From NCBI RefSeq assembly GCF_000019605.1, contig NC_010482.1, forward strand, positions 1,140,001-1,172,000: a stretch of DNA of 32,000 bases. The letters run 5' to 3'. Origin of the DNA: Candidatus Korarchaeum cryptofilum OPF8 (GTDB taxonomy: Archaea; Korarchaeota; Korarchaeia; Korarchaeales; Korarchaeaceae). Of the stretch, positions 7,131 to 15,862 are shown piece by piece; positions within the stretch are counted from its first letter, which is position 1; the number at the start of each line of letters is the position of its first letter. The position numbers and the translations under genes are program-made. The notes under the pieces are model-generated. The model was not told the origin of the DNA. It made no database searches and saw only the letters and a program-made list of their open reading frames with translations.

Positions 7131-9570
7131 AAATCAATATTATTATCAGTGGTAAGGCAATAGCTATCAAGATTTCCCATATCTCTATCCCTCCCCCACC
7201 GCTCAAATTCAGGCTAGCTTTTATCGTCTGAGATAGGCTCCTTCCATCCTGTTTCCAAGTTATCTTTATATCTATAGGAATCTGTAGGGGTGCCTGTTTA
7301 TCTATATCGACTTCCATTATCGCGGAAGTGTTGCTCCTCGCGGGGACATCCCCTACCGCTAGAGAGGTCGTGCCTATTAGGTAGGGAGTTACTATCTCTA
7401 TCACAGCATCATTAGCTGTGACATCAGCTCCGTTCCTCAATATGAGTGACAGTTTAACTCCTCTATCCCCGGGTCTCGGTCTCCCGGATGCATTGAGCTC
7501 AATTAACTCGAAGGAGGCTTTCTCATCTATCTGAAGGGGCAGTTTAGCCTCACCGTATTTCGAGACGAGCTTCAGCTCATATCTCCCCGGCCTGGCATTC
7601 TCCTTAATTTTCAAGATGAAGCTGACCTCCATGCTCTGACCCGGAGGGAGCGCGGGGATTAGGAACGTGTCGGAGCCTGAGTAGGATGGCTCAACGTAGC
7701 TGGGCAGAGATGTGAGGTTCAACCTGAGATCCTTGGCAACGTAGCTTCCTACGTTCGTTATCAAAGTCACTAGCCTTACGTTAGAATCCCCGGGATATAT
7801 CGGAGTCGGGACCGTGGATACATGAGCTACCTCTATCCTGGGCTCACCCGAGGCCCTCACACCAAATGTAGTCACATCCATGTGATCTATCCCAGATTCA
7901 TCCCTATAACTGAGCCTCGCGATCATCTGAACAGCTCCATAGACATTTGGGGAGAGATATACCGTGAAGTTTCTCAAAGCACTTTCCCCTCTATCCAATG
8001 AGTCGATATAAGCCCTCCCAGTCCCGACAATAGACCCTATCTCTGGGGAGGGAAATGCTAGCTCTATCCTAAGGTCTTTAGCCAATCCCCCTTCGTTCTT
8101 GATCTTAACGCAAAGCTCATTAGTCTCATCGTTCTTAAGCTCATTGTTCAACGGTATTAGGATGAGAAGAGGTTGCTTCGGGGACTCAGTGATGAAGGAG
8201 ATTGGGATCGCTTGTGTTCTAGTGGAATCGTGCTCATCCAGATAGTTAAGCTCGATCGTAAGGATGAGGCTCCCGTAGCTCATGTTAGGTGCATAGAGTA
8301 GTGTGGATATTCCCTTCGAGGCTCCCGGCTCTAAGTCCCCTAAACTCACTCCCGTCTCTGAGAGAACGGCGAGGTCCTTAGAGGCTATGAGATTCGCTCT
8401 CAAATTCTTAGCTGTCTCATTCCCATCATTCTTCAGATAAACCACGACGGATTCGGGGACCCCTGGCTTCAGAACTCTCTTATCCGAGAGAGCCGTGAGG
8501 AATGGGCCGATAGGTACCCTCACGTAGAATCCTAAGGTTGAGGAGGATGTTCTCTCCTCCCCACCGGCATCTAGCCATTGCAATGATGCTAAAATCTGGA
8601 TAGGCCCTGATGTTTGAGGTAGGGTGCTTAAATTTACGGGGACCATCGTTAATTTACCCGGGCCCAAATCTCCTAAATCGAACGTATTACTACCGATTAC
8701 AGAGACTCCAGGAGGTGTTTGTATCGTCATCTTCACTCTATAAGCCCATTCATCCCCCTCATTCTCTACTAGGAGAGGCACCGTATTGTTCACCCCTGGA
8801 TCCAAGTAAATGTCCTTCGCGAAGACACTGACCCCCTTCGGACCGACTTCAGAGGCTGAAAGAGTTTGAGTAGTAGTGTATTGACCCCCAGCCCCAACTT
8901 GAGCTCCCCACGTCACTGTAGCTGTTATGGTAACAGCCTCATCGACGTTATCAGCTACATAAATCTCAGTCTGAATTCTTTTACTCTCAGCGGGGTTCAT
9001 GAGTCCCAAATCTATCGGCGAGGTTACTTGAACCCCTAGGCTCGTAGGAGTTAGGGATACCATGACGTTCCTCGCGACTCCGTCCCCTATATTTTCGACC
9101 TCTATATAGATAGTAGCGGGCCAGCCGGGCCTCACGCTGCCCGATATACTGCAAACGACTCTAGGAGAGCCTTGAACTGTGATGAATAGGGGTATCACTT
9201 GATTCTGAGGTACTCCATTTGCTTTGAATTTCAGGAACAAGTCTGCCTTATAGTGGGATGCATATGCATTCGCAGGCACTGAAACGGTGAATCTCATATA
9301 TAGGGACTGACCTTGGGAGATAGATCCGGAATAGGAGAATGAAGTCGTATAATCTGAACCGACGAAATCGTATATCTTAAGGGTAGCATTTATATCGCTC
9401 AAGATCCCGCTGTAGGAACTCCTCGCCTCTATCACGAAAGTGTTATTAGCTCCTAGAACTAAGGCATAGCCCTCCCAGTAAGAATCCTTGACGATGAAGT
9501 AGCTCTCCCCCGATACTGGAAGGGCCCCAATGAATATAATGAGTAATAATATGATGGGCATTTTCCTCAT
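7072..9570 (-). CDS. Large surface protein: signal peptide, at least six CARDB-like beta-sandwich repeats, C-terminal TM anchor
   Basis: N-terminal MRKMPIILLLIIFIGALPVSG and C-terminal IEIWEILIAIALPLIIILIF. The repeated signatures are IEVENIGDGVARNV, LLVENEGDEWAYRV, VYLKNDGNETAKNL, VKIKNEGGLAKDL, TLITNVGSYVAKDL and LILRNGADVTANDA. The ATG abuts the permease stop and is preceded by GGAGGTGA. Confidence 0.8.
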   Translation of the reverse strand: MRKMPIILLLIIFIGALPVSGESYFIVKDSYWEGYALVLGANNTFVIEARSSYSGILSDINATLKIYDFVGSDYTTSFSYSGSISQGQSLYMRFTVSVPANAYASHYKADLFLKFKANGVPQNQVIPLFITVQGSPRVVCSISGSVRPGWPATIYIEVENIGDGVARNVMVSLTPTSLGVQVTSPIDLGLMNPAESKRIQTEIYVADNVDEAVTITATVTWGAQVGAGGQYTTTQTLSASEVGPKGVSVFAKDIYLDPGVNNTVPLLVENEGDEWAYRVKMTIQTPPGVSVIGSNTFDLGDLGPGKLTMVPVNLSTLPQTSGPIQILASLQWLDAGGEERTSSSTLGFYVRVPIGPFLTALSDKRVLKPGVPESVVVYLKNDGNETAKNLRANLIASKDLAVLSETGVSLGDLEPGASKGISTLLYAPNMSYGSLILTIELNYLDEHDSTRTQAIPISFITESPKQPLLILIPLNNELKNDETNELCVKIKNEGGLAKDLRIELAFPSPEIGSIVGTGRAYIDSLDRGESALRNFTVYLSPNVYGAVQMIARLSYRDESGIDHMDVTTFGVRASGEPRIEVAHVSTVPTPIYPGDSNVRLVTLITNVGSYVAKDLRLNLTSLPSYVEPSYSGSDTFLIPALPPGQSMEVSFILKIKENARPGRYELKLVSKYGEAKLPLQIDEKASFELIELNASGRPRPGDRGVKLSLILRNGADVTANDAVIEIVTPYLIGTTSLAVGDVPARSNTSAIMEVDIDKQAPLQIPIDIKITWKQDGRSLSQTIKASLNLSGGGGIEIWEILIAIALPLIIILIFRGRLFDIFSRAHSEQGPS

Positions 9571-10689
9571 TCAAGTCACCTCCATCTTCAGGGATCTGAG
9601 GGAGAATGAGAGGAAAACTGCTGAAAAGGCTAGGATTATTATGAGCTCATTTGTCACCATCAGGAAGCTCCATCCCTTCAGGGCGACGTTCCTGAAAGCT
9701 TTAATGAAGTAGTACATTGGGATGAAAGATGCTATTGTCCCGGCCTCTGGACCGAGTATCTCGACTGGTACAAGCATACCGCTGAAGAGCATGCTGGGGA
9801 TGAATGTGAAGATGCTAGCCTGATAAGCCTGAAGCTGATTCTTCGAGAATACTGATATTAGGAGACCCATGCTGAGTGAACTCAATAGGAACACTAGCGA
9901 GACGACTGTCATATCGATGAGGGACCCCCTGAGCTTAACATTGAAGATCAGGATTGCTGTTAATAGGCTTAAGATACTATCGGAGATCGTAGCTATGAAA
10001 TATGCCACCAATTTTCCGAATATGACATCAAAGGGCCTTATCGGTGTCATTATGAATTGCTCGAATGTGCCCTTCTCCCTCTCCCTGCATATGGATACGG
10101 ATATTAGACTAGTAGGTACCATCTGAAGTATCAGGGCCATGAGAGTGGGGATGAAGCTCTCAATCTTCTCGACCTTTGGCCCATATACAGTGTAGAACAT
10201 AGGCTGTATCGCGAATGTCCCGAAGTTTGATGCGGCCCACTCTTGGTACTGCTGAGTTACCACACCTACTGCTTGCATTATAGCTTGAGCCACCGTCGGA
10301 TTGCTCGCATCATAATAGAGCTCAACTCTCGTTGCTCTACCGACCATAAGATCTTCCGTGAAGCTTTCAGGGATTATCAGACATGCATAAACAGTTCCTG
10401 AGTAAACTGATGAGAATCCCTGCCCCTTCGATTTGTAAATGGCTTTTATTTCGAATAACCTGGAGTCCCTGAGCTCCTCAATGAACTTGAAAGATCCCTC
10501 CCTCCCATCGAGATCCACGATCGTTATGGGATACTTCCCGGACCCCTCCCCTCCATACCCGATTCCGAAGAGTATAGTCACCATTATCGGCATCATTAGG
10601 ACCATGGCTATAGTCTTGGGGTCCCTCGCTAGCTGAATTAGTTCCTTCTTAACTATCGTAATTACCCTATAAGCATCTTCTGATATCAT
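9571..10689 (-). CDS. ABC-2 type transporter permease with large extracytoplasmic loop
   Basis: 372 aa. One N-terminal TM, a loop of about 130 aa, then a cluster of 5 TMs typical of ABC2_membrane proteins. GGGGTGA lies 4 nt upstream of the ATG. Confidence 0.85.
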   Translation of the reverse strand: MISEDAYRVITIVKKELIQLARDPKTIAMVLMMPIMVTILFGIGYGGEGSGKYPITIVDLDGREGSFKFIEELRDSRLFEIKAIYKSKGQGFSSVYSGTVYACLIIPESFTEDLMVGRATRVELYYDASNPTVAQAIMQAVGVVTQQYQEWAASNFGTFAIQPMFYTVYGPKVEKIESFIPTLMALILQMVPTSLISVSICREREKGTFEQFIMTPIRPFDVIFGKLVAYFIATISDSILSLLTAILIFNVKLRGSLIDMTVVSLVFLLSSLSMGLLISVFSKNQLQAYQASIFTFIPSMLFSGMLVPVEILGPEAGTIASFIPMYYFIKAFRNVALKGWSFLMVTNELIIILAFSAVFLSFSLRSLKMEVT

Positions 10690-10693
10690 TTTT

Positions 10694-11623
10694 TCACCCC
10701 ATTAACCTTATAAATGCTTCCTCTAGGCTCACGAATACGGGACTTGCCGATCTTACCCTCACACCAGCTAGCTCAGCTCTCCTCAGTACTTCGGGGAGGA
10801 AGGAGCTCGAATCCTCCACGAGAAGGAGATAACTCCCATCACTATTTTTCAATACCTCTTTCAAACCAGAGATCCCTTTAAGCTCAAGATCCCCATCTAC
10901 TCGCAGCTCTACGAGCTCCCCACCGATAGCTTTCCTCTTGATCTCCTGGGGGGTCCCCTCCGCTATTACCCTACCGCCCCCCATGAGAGCTAGCCTATCG
11001 CAGTTCTCCGCTTCATCCATGTAATGAGTAGTTACTAGGATCGTCTTACCCTCCTTGTTTAGCTCCTTGAAGTGCTCCCAGAATCTCCTCCGAAGCGGGG
11101 GGTCCACTCCGGCCGTCGGCTCATCTAGGATGAGGAGATCCGGATCGTGGACTAATGCCACAGCTAAGCTGAGCCTCTGTTTCATACCACCGCTCAATCT
11201 CCCGGCCATCCTTCCCCTTATCTCCCTGAGATAGAATCTATCCATGAGCTCATTCACTCTCTCCCTCAGATGCTGACCTCTGAGCCCCTGGAGGGAGCCA
11301 TAAAGCATTAGATTCTCCTCTACCGTAAGATCCTCATATAGGCTGAATCTCTGGGGCATATAGCCTATCTTCCTGATCGCCTTATCCCTCTCCTTCACGA
11401 CATCTATACCGAAAACCTTCACAGATCCCTCGGTGGGTTTGATAACTCCTGTTATCATCCTTATGGTCGTGGTCTTCCCTGCGCCGTTGGGCCCGAGCAA
11501 CCCGAAGTTCTCCCCCACCCTCACCCTCAGGTTTATATGATCAACGGCAGTAAAGGCTCCGAATCTCTTCGTCAAGTTTTCAGCTTCGATAGCGAGCCTT
11601 GATCCCTTCTCTGGTTCCTCCAA
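10694..11623 (-). CDS. ABC transporter ATP-binding protein (DrrA/CcmA-like, with C-terminal accessory domain)
   Basis: Walker A GLLGPNGAGKTT, signature LSGGMKQRL, Walker B LLILDEPT and H-loop TTHYMDEA. TTG start with GGGAGG upstream. Confidence 0.9.
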   Translation of the reverse strand: MEEPEKGSRLAIEAENLTKRFGAFTAVDHINLRVRVGENFGLLGPNGAGKTTTIRMITGVIKPTEGSVKVFGIDVVKERDKAIRKIGYMPQRFSLYEDLTVEENLMLYGSLQGLRGQHLRERVNELMDRFYLREIRGRMAGRLSGGMKQRLSLAVALVHDPDLLILDEPTAGVDPPLRRRFWEHFKELNKEGKTILVTTHYMDEAENCDRLALMGGGRVIAEGTPQEIKRKAIGGELVELRVDGDLELKGISGLKEVLKNSDGSYLLLVEDSSSFLPEVLRRAELAGVRVRSASPVFVSLEEAFIRLMG

Positions 11624-11684
11624 ATTCTATTTCCCTCCCTTTCTTTCCCCTATCACTACCTCCCATTTTATGAAATAAAAAATT

Positions 11685-12089
11685 GTGCACTCAATGCTCA
11701 TGAATGACCAGCTTCCTTTTATTCCCTCAACACCGATATTTCAAGGTGGGATAGTGGAAGATGAGAGATCCGAGATAAGCGATGTGGAGGAGCTGAAGGA
11801 AATATTTTCCGTGCTGGGCAAAGAGGTCCCCAATCTACTTAAGGGCCTCATGGATCCGTTGAAGGAGCTCATGGATATCCTCTATAATCCTGAGAAGGTT
11901 AGAGAGAGGGCCAAGGCAATAGCATCCTTTTACAGGGAGCTGAAGGATCAAGGGCTTCCGGATGAACTTATAGTAGAATTGATTAAGCAGCACTTCGAGA
12001 ATCCCATGAGTTTGATAAAGAATATCATCTCCGAGAGGGGAAGAGAGGAATTTGAAGAGGAGGAGTGTGAAGAGGAGGAGTGCGATTGA
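11685..12089 (+). CDS. Hypothetical acidic helical protein ending EEEECEEEECD
   Basis: 134-aa ORF from GTG 11685. ATG alternatives at 11694/11700 fit better with the TATA-like element at 11666-11684. Coding-like composition. Confidence 0.55.
   Translation: MHSMLMNDQLPFIPSTPIFQGGIVEDERSEISDVEELKEIFSVLGKEVPNLLKGLMDPLKELMDILYNPEKVRERAKAIASFYRELKDQGLPDELIVELIKQHFENPMSLIKNIISERGREEFEEEECEEEECD
12054..12083 (+). repeat. 2 x 15-bp tandem repeat GAAGAGGAGGAGTG(T/C)
   Basis: Read directly. Units 12054-12068 and 12069-12083 differ only at the last base. They encode EEEEC-EEEEC at the C-terminus of the preceding ORF. Confidence 0.9.
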
Positions 12090-12352
12090 CACCCCTCAAG
12101 AAAATAACTTCACTAATCTCCTTAATGAGATATATACCATATTTTATAGTTCTCCTTCTTAAATTTTTTATATTGTTTATCAGAATAAAGATTAAATCTT
12201 ATAGGTCATTCAGGATAGCCCTGAGCGAGCTCCGGAAGAGCGGATTGGATGAGAAACTATCCCGTGAACTCGCGAGGCTTGCAGCTCCTGAGCTCAGGGG
12301 GGTGCTCAATTGGATGAACTCAGGGAGATCAAAGAAATACTATCGCAAGTGA
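12080..12352 (+). CDS. Possible small membrane protein (one N-terminal TM, basic helical tail)
   Basis: ORF from GTG 12080 or ATG 12125. Its TGA overlaps an in-frame ATG of the next ORF (TGATG at 12350-12354). The first half is very AT-rich and could instead be non-coding promoter DNA. Confidence 0.35.
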   Translation: MRLTPLKKITSLISLMRYIPYFIVLLLKFFILFIRIKIKSYRSFRIALSELRKSGLDEKLSRELARLAAPELRGVLNWMNSGRSKKYYRK

Positions 12353-12744
12353 TGGAGAAATTAAATAGGATAGAATCTAGGATAGGGAGTCTTGAGGAGG
12401 ATAAGAAGCTAATAGAGACCTATAAATCCCTCTTATCTATATACGCATCGATCCTCGGTAAGATAGCGAACCTGGAGAGGGTATCGCGTATCGTCTCAAG
12501 CGATATAGATAGGGCTATAGTGAGAGTGCTATCCGATGGTGAGCCTAGGAACATCTCTGAGATAACTGAGGAAGTCAAGAGGATGAGGGGAAAATCTTCC
12601 AGGAGGATCGTTGCTGAGAGATTGAATGCTATGTGCAATATGGGGATCCTGGAGAGGGTGAATGGAAGGGGAAAAGTTTATCGCTTGAAGCCGGGCTTAC
12701 TCAAGGAGGAAGCGTTGAAGGGATATCATGAGCCCGAAGATTAA
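12310..12744 (+). CDS. Coiled-coil + winged-helix DNA-binding protein
   Basis: The C-terminal IVRVLSDGEPRNISEITEEVKR...RIVAERLNAMCNMGILERVNGRGKVYRLKP shows a wHTH pattern, and the N-terminal heptad-like region suggests a coiled coil. TTG 12310 is preceded by GGGGGTG. Alternative starts are GTG 12349 and ATG 12352. Confidence 0.6.
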   Translation: MDELREIKEILSQVMEKLNRIESRIGSLEEDKKLIETYKSLLSIYASILGKIANLERVSRIVSSDIDRAIVRVLSDGEPRNISEITEEVKRMRGKSSRRIVAERLNAMCNMGILERVNGRGKVYRLKPGLLKEEALKGYHEPED

Positions 12745-13945
12745 CGCAGATTTCTGCGTTAGATGTAAAGGGAGTAAGATGCTCTGTGGCCTTAAGAGAT
12801 GTCCTATAGTTGAGAGGATCAAATTCAGCACGAGATTGGATTTTGGAAGGTTGATAGATGGTTTCACCCCTCCCTCATCCTTAGTCAGTGAGAGAGGGTA
12901 TCCTCGCGTTTTAGTGGGGCCTACAGTATCCCAAATAGAGCCCGATCTACCAGAAAACCCTAAATTTTGGATTTCAAAGGATTTAAGTTATATTATAGCT
13001 AGATTTTCTTCTCAGATCTATGCGAACTTCAGATCACACATAAGGAATATAGATGATCCTAGATTAGAGGAACTAAGGTTCTCCGCAATGAGTTACTCTC
13101 CAGTTGGTATCAACGTAGAACTAGTCAGAATCCCAAAGCCTAGAGTGAGTTTCGATGGTATACTAGCTCCAATAGGACCATCAGCACCTGCTGAGAGAAT
13201 TAAGCTGACCGAAAACCCTAAGATACCTTCGAGCTTGGAGAGAGCATTCTATGATAGTGATGTTAGGGCCTCGGAGATCATCTGGGAGACTTATAATAGG
13301 GGAGTAGATGTTTATGCGATATCTAAAATTCTTTCGCTCGGCGGCCTGGGTAATAGAGCTAGAAGAAAACTTGTACCGACTAAATGGGCAATAACAGCGA
13401 CTGATTCTATCATAGGAGATTTCCTCAGGAGGGAAATAGAATATTTGCCAATATATTCTGGGGAAGTCATGCTCTTCCAGAGCAACTATGAGGGAAACCG
13501 TTACTTCGTATTGATCGCTCCTGGCCCCTACATGCTGGAGATAGTTGAGGCTTGGATGCCGAGGGGGTTATGGACTAAGGGGAGCGATGAACCCGTGGTG
13601 ATGCTGAACTCGGAGATAGGCCGGCTCGGGCTAGAGTATATGGACGGAGGTCACTACGCGATGAGACTCGCTATCCTGGAGAAGCTCGCTAGTATGAAGA
13701 GGCAAGCTGCCGTCATTGCTATTAGGGAGATCGGACCTGAATATTATGCACCCGTTGGCGTTTGGCAGGTAAGAGAGGGAATGAGGGCTGCTTTGAGATC
13801 TGAGCCCCTCAAGTTTCCAGAGCTAGGGGATGCTATGAGGCAATTGAAGCTGAGGTTCGACTTGAATCTGTTGATTAGATCCCTAAGGATACCTAAAATC
13901 CTGAGAGGTTGGATCTCGCTAGAGGGATTCCTTGAGAACCTTTGA
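12728..13945 (+). CDS. Nre-family (DUF650/DUF651) putative DNA-repair protein
   Basis: The N-terminal Cys cluster CVRCKGSKMLCGLKRCPIV, the length of about 400 aa and the archaeal context fit the Nre family as I remember it. The C-terminus WISLEGFLENL resembles a PIP-box-like tail. The start overlaps the wHTH gene by 17 nt. Confidence 0.6.
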   Translation: MSPKINADFCVRCKGSKMLCGLKRCPIVERIKFSTRLDFGRLIDGFTPPSSLVSERGYPRVLVGPTVSQIEPDLPENPKFWISKDLSYIIARFSSQIYANFRSHIRNIDDPRLEELRFSAMSYSPVGINVELVRIPKPRVSFDGILAPIGPSAPAERIKLTENPKIPSSLERAFYDSDVRASEIIWETYNRGVDVYAISKILSLGGLGNRARRKLVPTKWAITATDSIIGDFLRREIEYLPIYSGEVMLFQSNYEGNRYFVLIAPGPYMLEIVEAWMPRGLWTKGSDEPVVMLNSEIGRLGLEYMDGGHYAMRLAILEKLASMKRQAAVIAIREIGPEYYAPVGVWQVREGMRAALRSEPLKFPELGDAMRQLKLRFDLNLLIRSLRIPKILRGWISLEGFLENL

Positions 13946-15025
13946 AGCTCTTCTCATCATCGCCTTCGGAATCCTCAGGATTCCCCATCTCCAGAATTCC
14001 TTGAAATCCAATCTACCTATTGAGGTGAGCATGTACCTCCTGGCGATCTCTGGATAGGATACGAACATCTTGAAGAAGAAGTCCATGCGAGGCACTATTA
14101 TATTTCTAGCTTTTCTTTTAAGTCTAAGTTCCTCCATGACATTGCCCATATTCTCGCTATAAGATAGAGCTGGATCCTCCGATTCCAAGGATTTTGAGCA
14201 CTCTAGGGCGCTCTTAAATGCATAGTATAATCCTTCACCTGTCAGAGGATCCGCCAATCCAGCTGCATCCCCTACGAGTAGGACCCTGCCTTTCGCTATC
14301 TGTTTATCGTGCCCACCAGTCGGTATGATCCAATTCCCGACTTTCTCAACCTTATACCTCTTAGAGAACTCCTCGAACGCCTTGATTACTTCCCTGGATT
14401 TTGAAGAAATTCCTCCCACGCCAGCATTCGAATCCTCCCCCCTAGGGAAGATCCAGCCGTAGCCGGATGGTGAGGCATCCACGATGAAGGTGAGCTCATC
14501 ATAGAGAGGCGCTCTCCCCTCTATCGCGAATATTATATCATCGTTCCTCCAGCAGTTCCTTATACCCGAGGAGATCGCCGTAATAGAGTATGCGCCATCA
14601 GCTCCTATAACATAGCGAGAGGAGAATCCTGAACCGATAACTTCCACCCTATCCTCCTTCGAAATGACTCCGCTCACTTTTTCCTTTCTGAACTCAGCTC
14701 CCTGAGCGATCGCTTCATCTAGAAGTTCCTTATCCAGTTTCCTCCTATCCAAAGTAGCGACAGCGAATTCCTCATCAGATCTAACCTTTATCTCCTCCCC
14801 GAAGCCTCTGATGACCACTTCCTTATGGTAAGCCTCCGGGGATCTGAGCTTTATGCCCAGTTCCCTCAGGAGGTTGTAAGCCCTCCAAGTAACTCCACCT
14901 CCGCATGATTTGTACCTCGGGAAATCCTTCATATCGAGGATGAGTGTTTTATATCCCTTTTTAGCTAGTAGATAGGCCGTGACAGAACCGGAAGGCCCCG
15001 CTCCTATGACTATCGCGTCCCACAT
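13919..15025 (-). CDS. Geranylgeranyl reductase family FAD-dependent oxidoreductase
   Basis: Dinucleotide-binding site DAIVIGAGPSGSVTAYLLAKKG, a CGGG block and LLVGDAAGLADPLTGEGLYYA. Confidence 0.85.
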   Translation of the reverse strand: MWDAIVIGAGPSGSVTAYLLAKKGYKTLILDMKDFPRYKSCGGGVTWRAYNLLRELGIKLRSPEAYHKEVVIRGFGEEIKVRSDEEFAVATLDRRKLDKELLDEAIAQGAEFRKEKVSGVISKEDRVEVIGSGFSSRYVIGADGAYSITAISSGIRNCWRNDDIIFAIEGRAPLYDELTFIVDASPSGYGWIFPRGEDSNAGVGGISSKSREVIKAFEEFSKRYKVEKVGNWIIPTGGHDKQIAKGRVLLVGDAAGLADPLTGEGLYYAFKSALECSKSLESEDPALSYSENMGNVMEELRLKRKARNIIVPRMDFFFKMFVSYPEIARRYMLTSIGRLDFKEFWRWGILRIPKAMMRRASKVLKESL

Positions 15026-15270
15026 CAGTCCGAGTAGGAGAAGTTCATTATAAAATTCTTCAGGGAACGCGGGGCATGATCTCCTTATACGTTGGAAAGA
15101 TTTCTATTAGATTCAAATATGTTGAATATCAAACATAGATTTACTATTGATCATCTGTATGTTAATAATTTTCATATTAATACCGATTGAGAATCCCTCC
15201 CACATAAGTTATCCCCGCCACCTCGAAGAAAGGAATTTATTGATGGAGTTCCGTGAATAGGGGCGAGACT

Positions 15271-15771
15271 ATGGAGCTCAAGTTGGAGGTAGTGGATGTA
15301 ACCCCGCCCGAGGGATGCAATATAATAATAGCGACTTCCCATTTCATAAAGACTGTCGAGGATGTATTTGAGGCCCTGGCCGATTCATGTTCATGTATAA
15401 AGTTCGGATTGGCATTTTGTGAATCATCGGGTCCCAGATTGGTCAGGAAAGCCGGAAACGATGAGAAGCTCGTTGAAGCCGCTGTGGAGATGGCGCTCAA
15501 GATAGGAGCGGGTCACTCCCTAGTCATACTAATGAAGGATGCTTGGCCTGTGAATGTCCTTCCAAGATTGAAACAGCTCCCGGAGATAGCAACTATTCAT
15601 GCGGCGACGGCTAATCCGCTCAAAGTCATAGTAGCTGAATTCGGTGATGGTAGGGGGATACTAGGAGTTATAGATGGCGGTAAGCCATTGGGCGTGGAGG
15701 GTAAGGAGGAGATAAAGGAGAGGATGGAGTTCTTGAGGAAGATAGGATATAAGCATCCACTACCAGACTGA
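15271..15771 (+). CDS. Adenosine-specific-kinase-like protein (former DUF355 family)
   Basis: MELKLEVVDVTPPEGCNIIIATSHFIKTVEDVFEAL and GAGHSLVIL...VNVLP blocks match this small archaeal family as I remember it. The ATG at 15271 has AGGGG 7 nt upstream, and the longest ORF starts at GTG 15253. Confidence 0.55.
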   Translation: MELKLEVVDVTPPEGCNIIIATSHFIKTVEDVFEALADSCSCIKFGLAFCESSGPRLVRKAGNDEKLVEAAVEMALKIGAGHSLVILMKDAWPVNVLPRLKQLPEIATIHAATANPLKVIVAEFGDGRGILGVIDGGKPLGVEGKEEIKERMEFLRKIGYKHPLPD

Positions 15772-15862
15772 TCTCCCCGATTTTTTACCATATAATGAGA
15801 TAACAAGAATTACTTCAGTTCATTGAACGGGAATTTCCTCAGAGGTTTCTTTCAGAGAGGGA

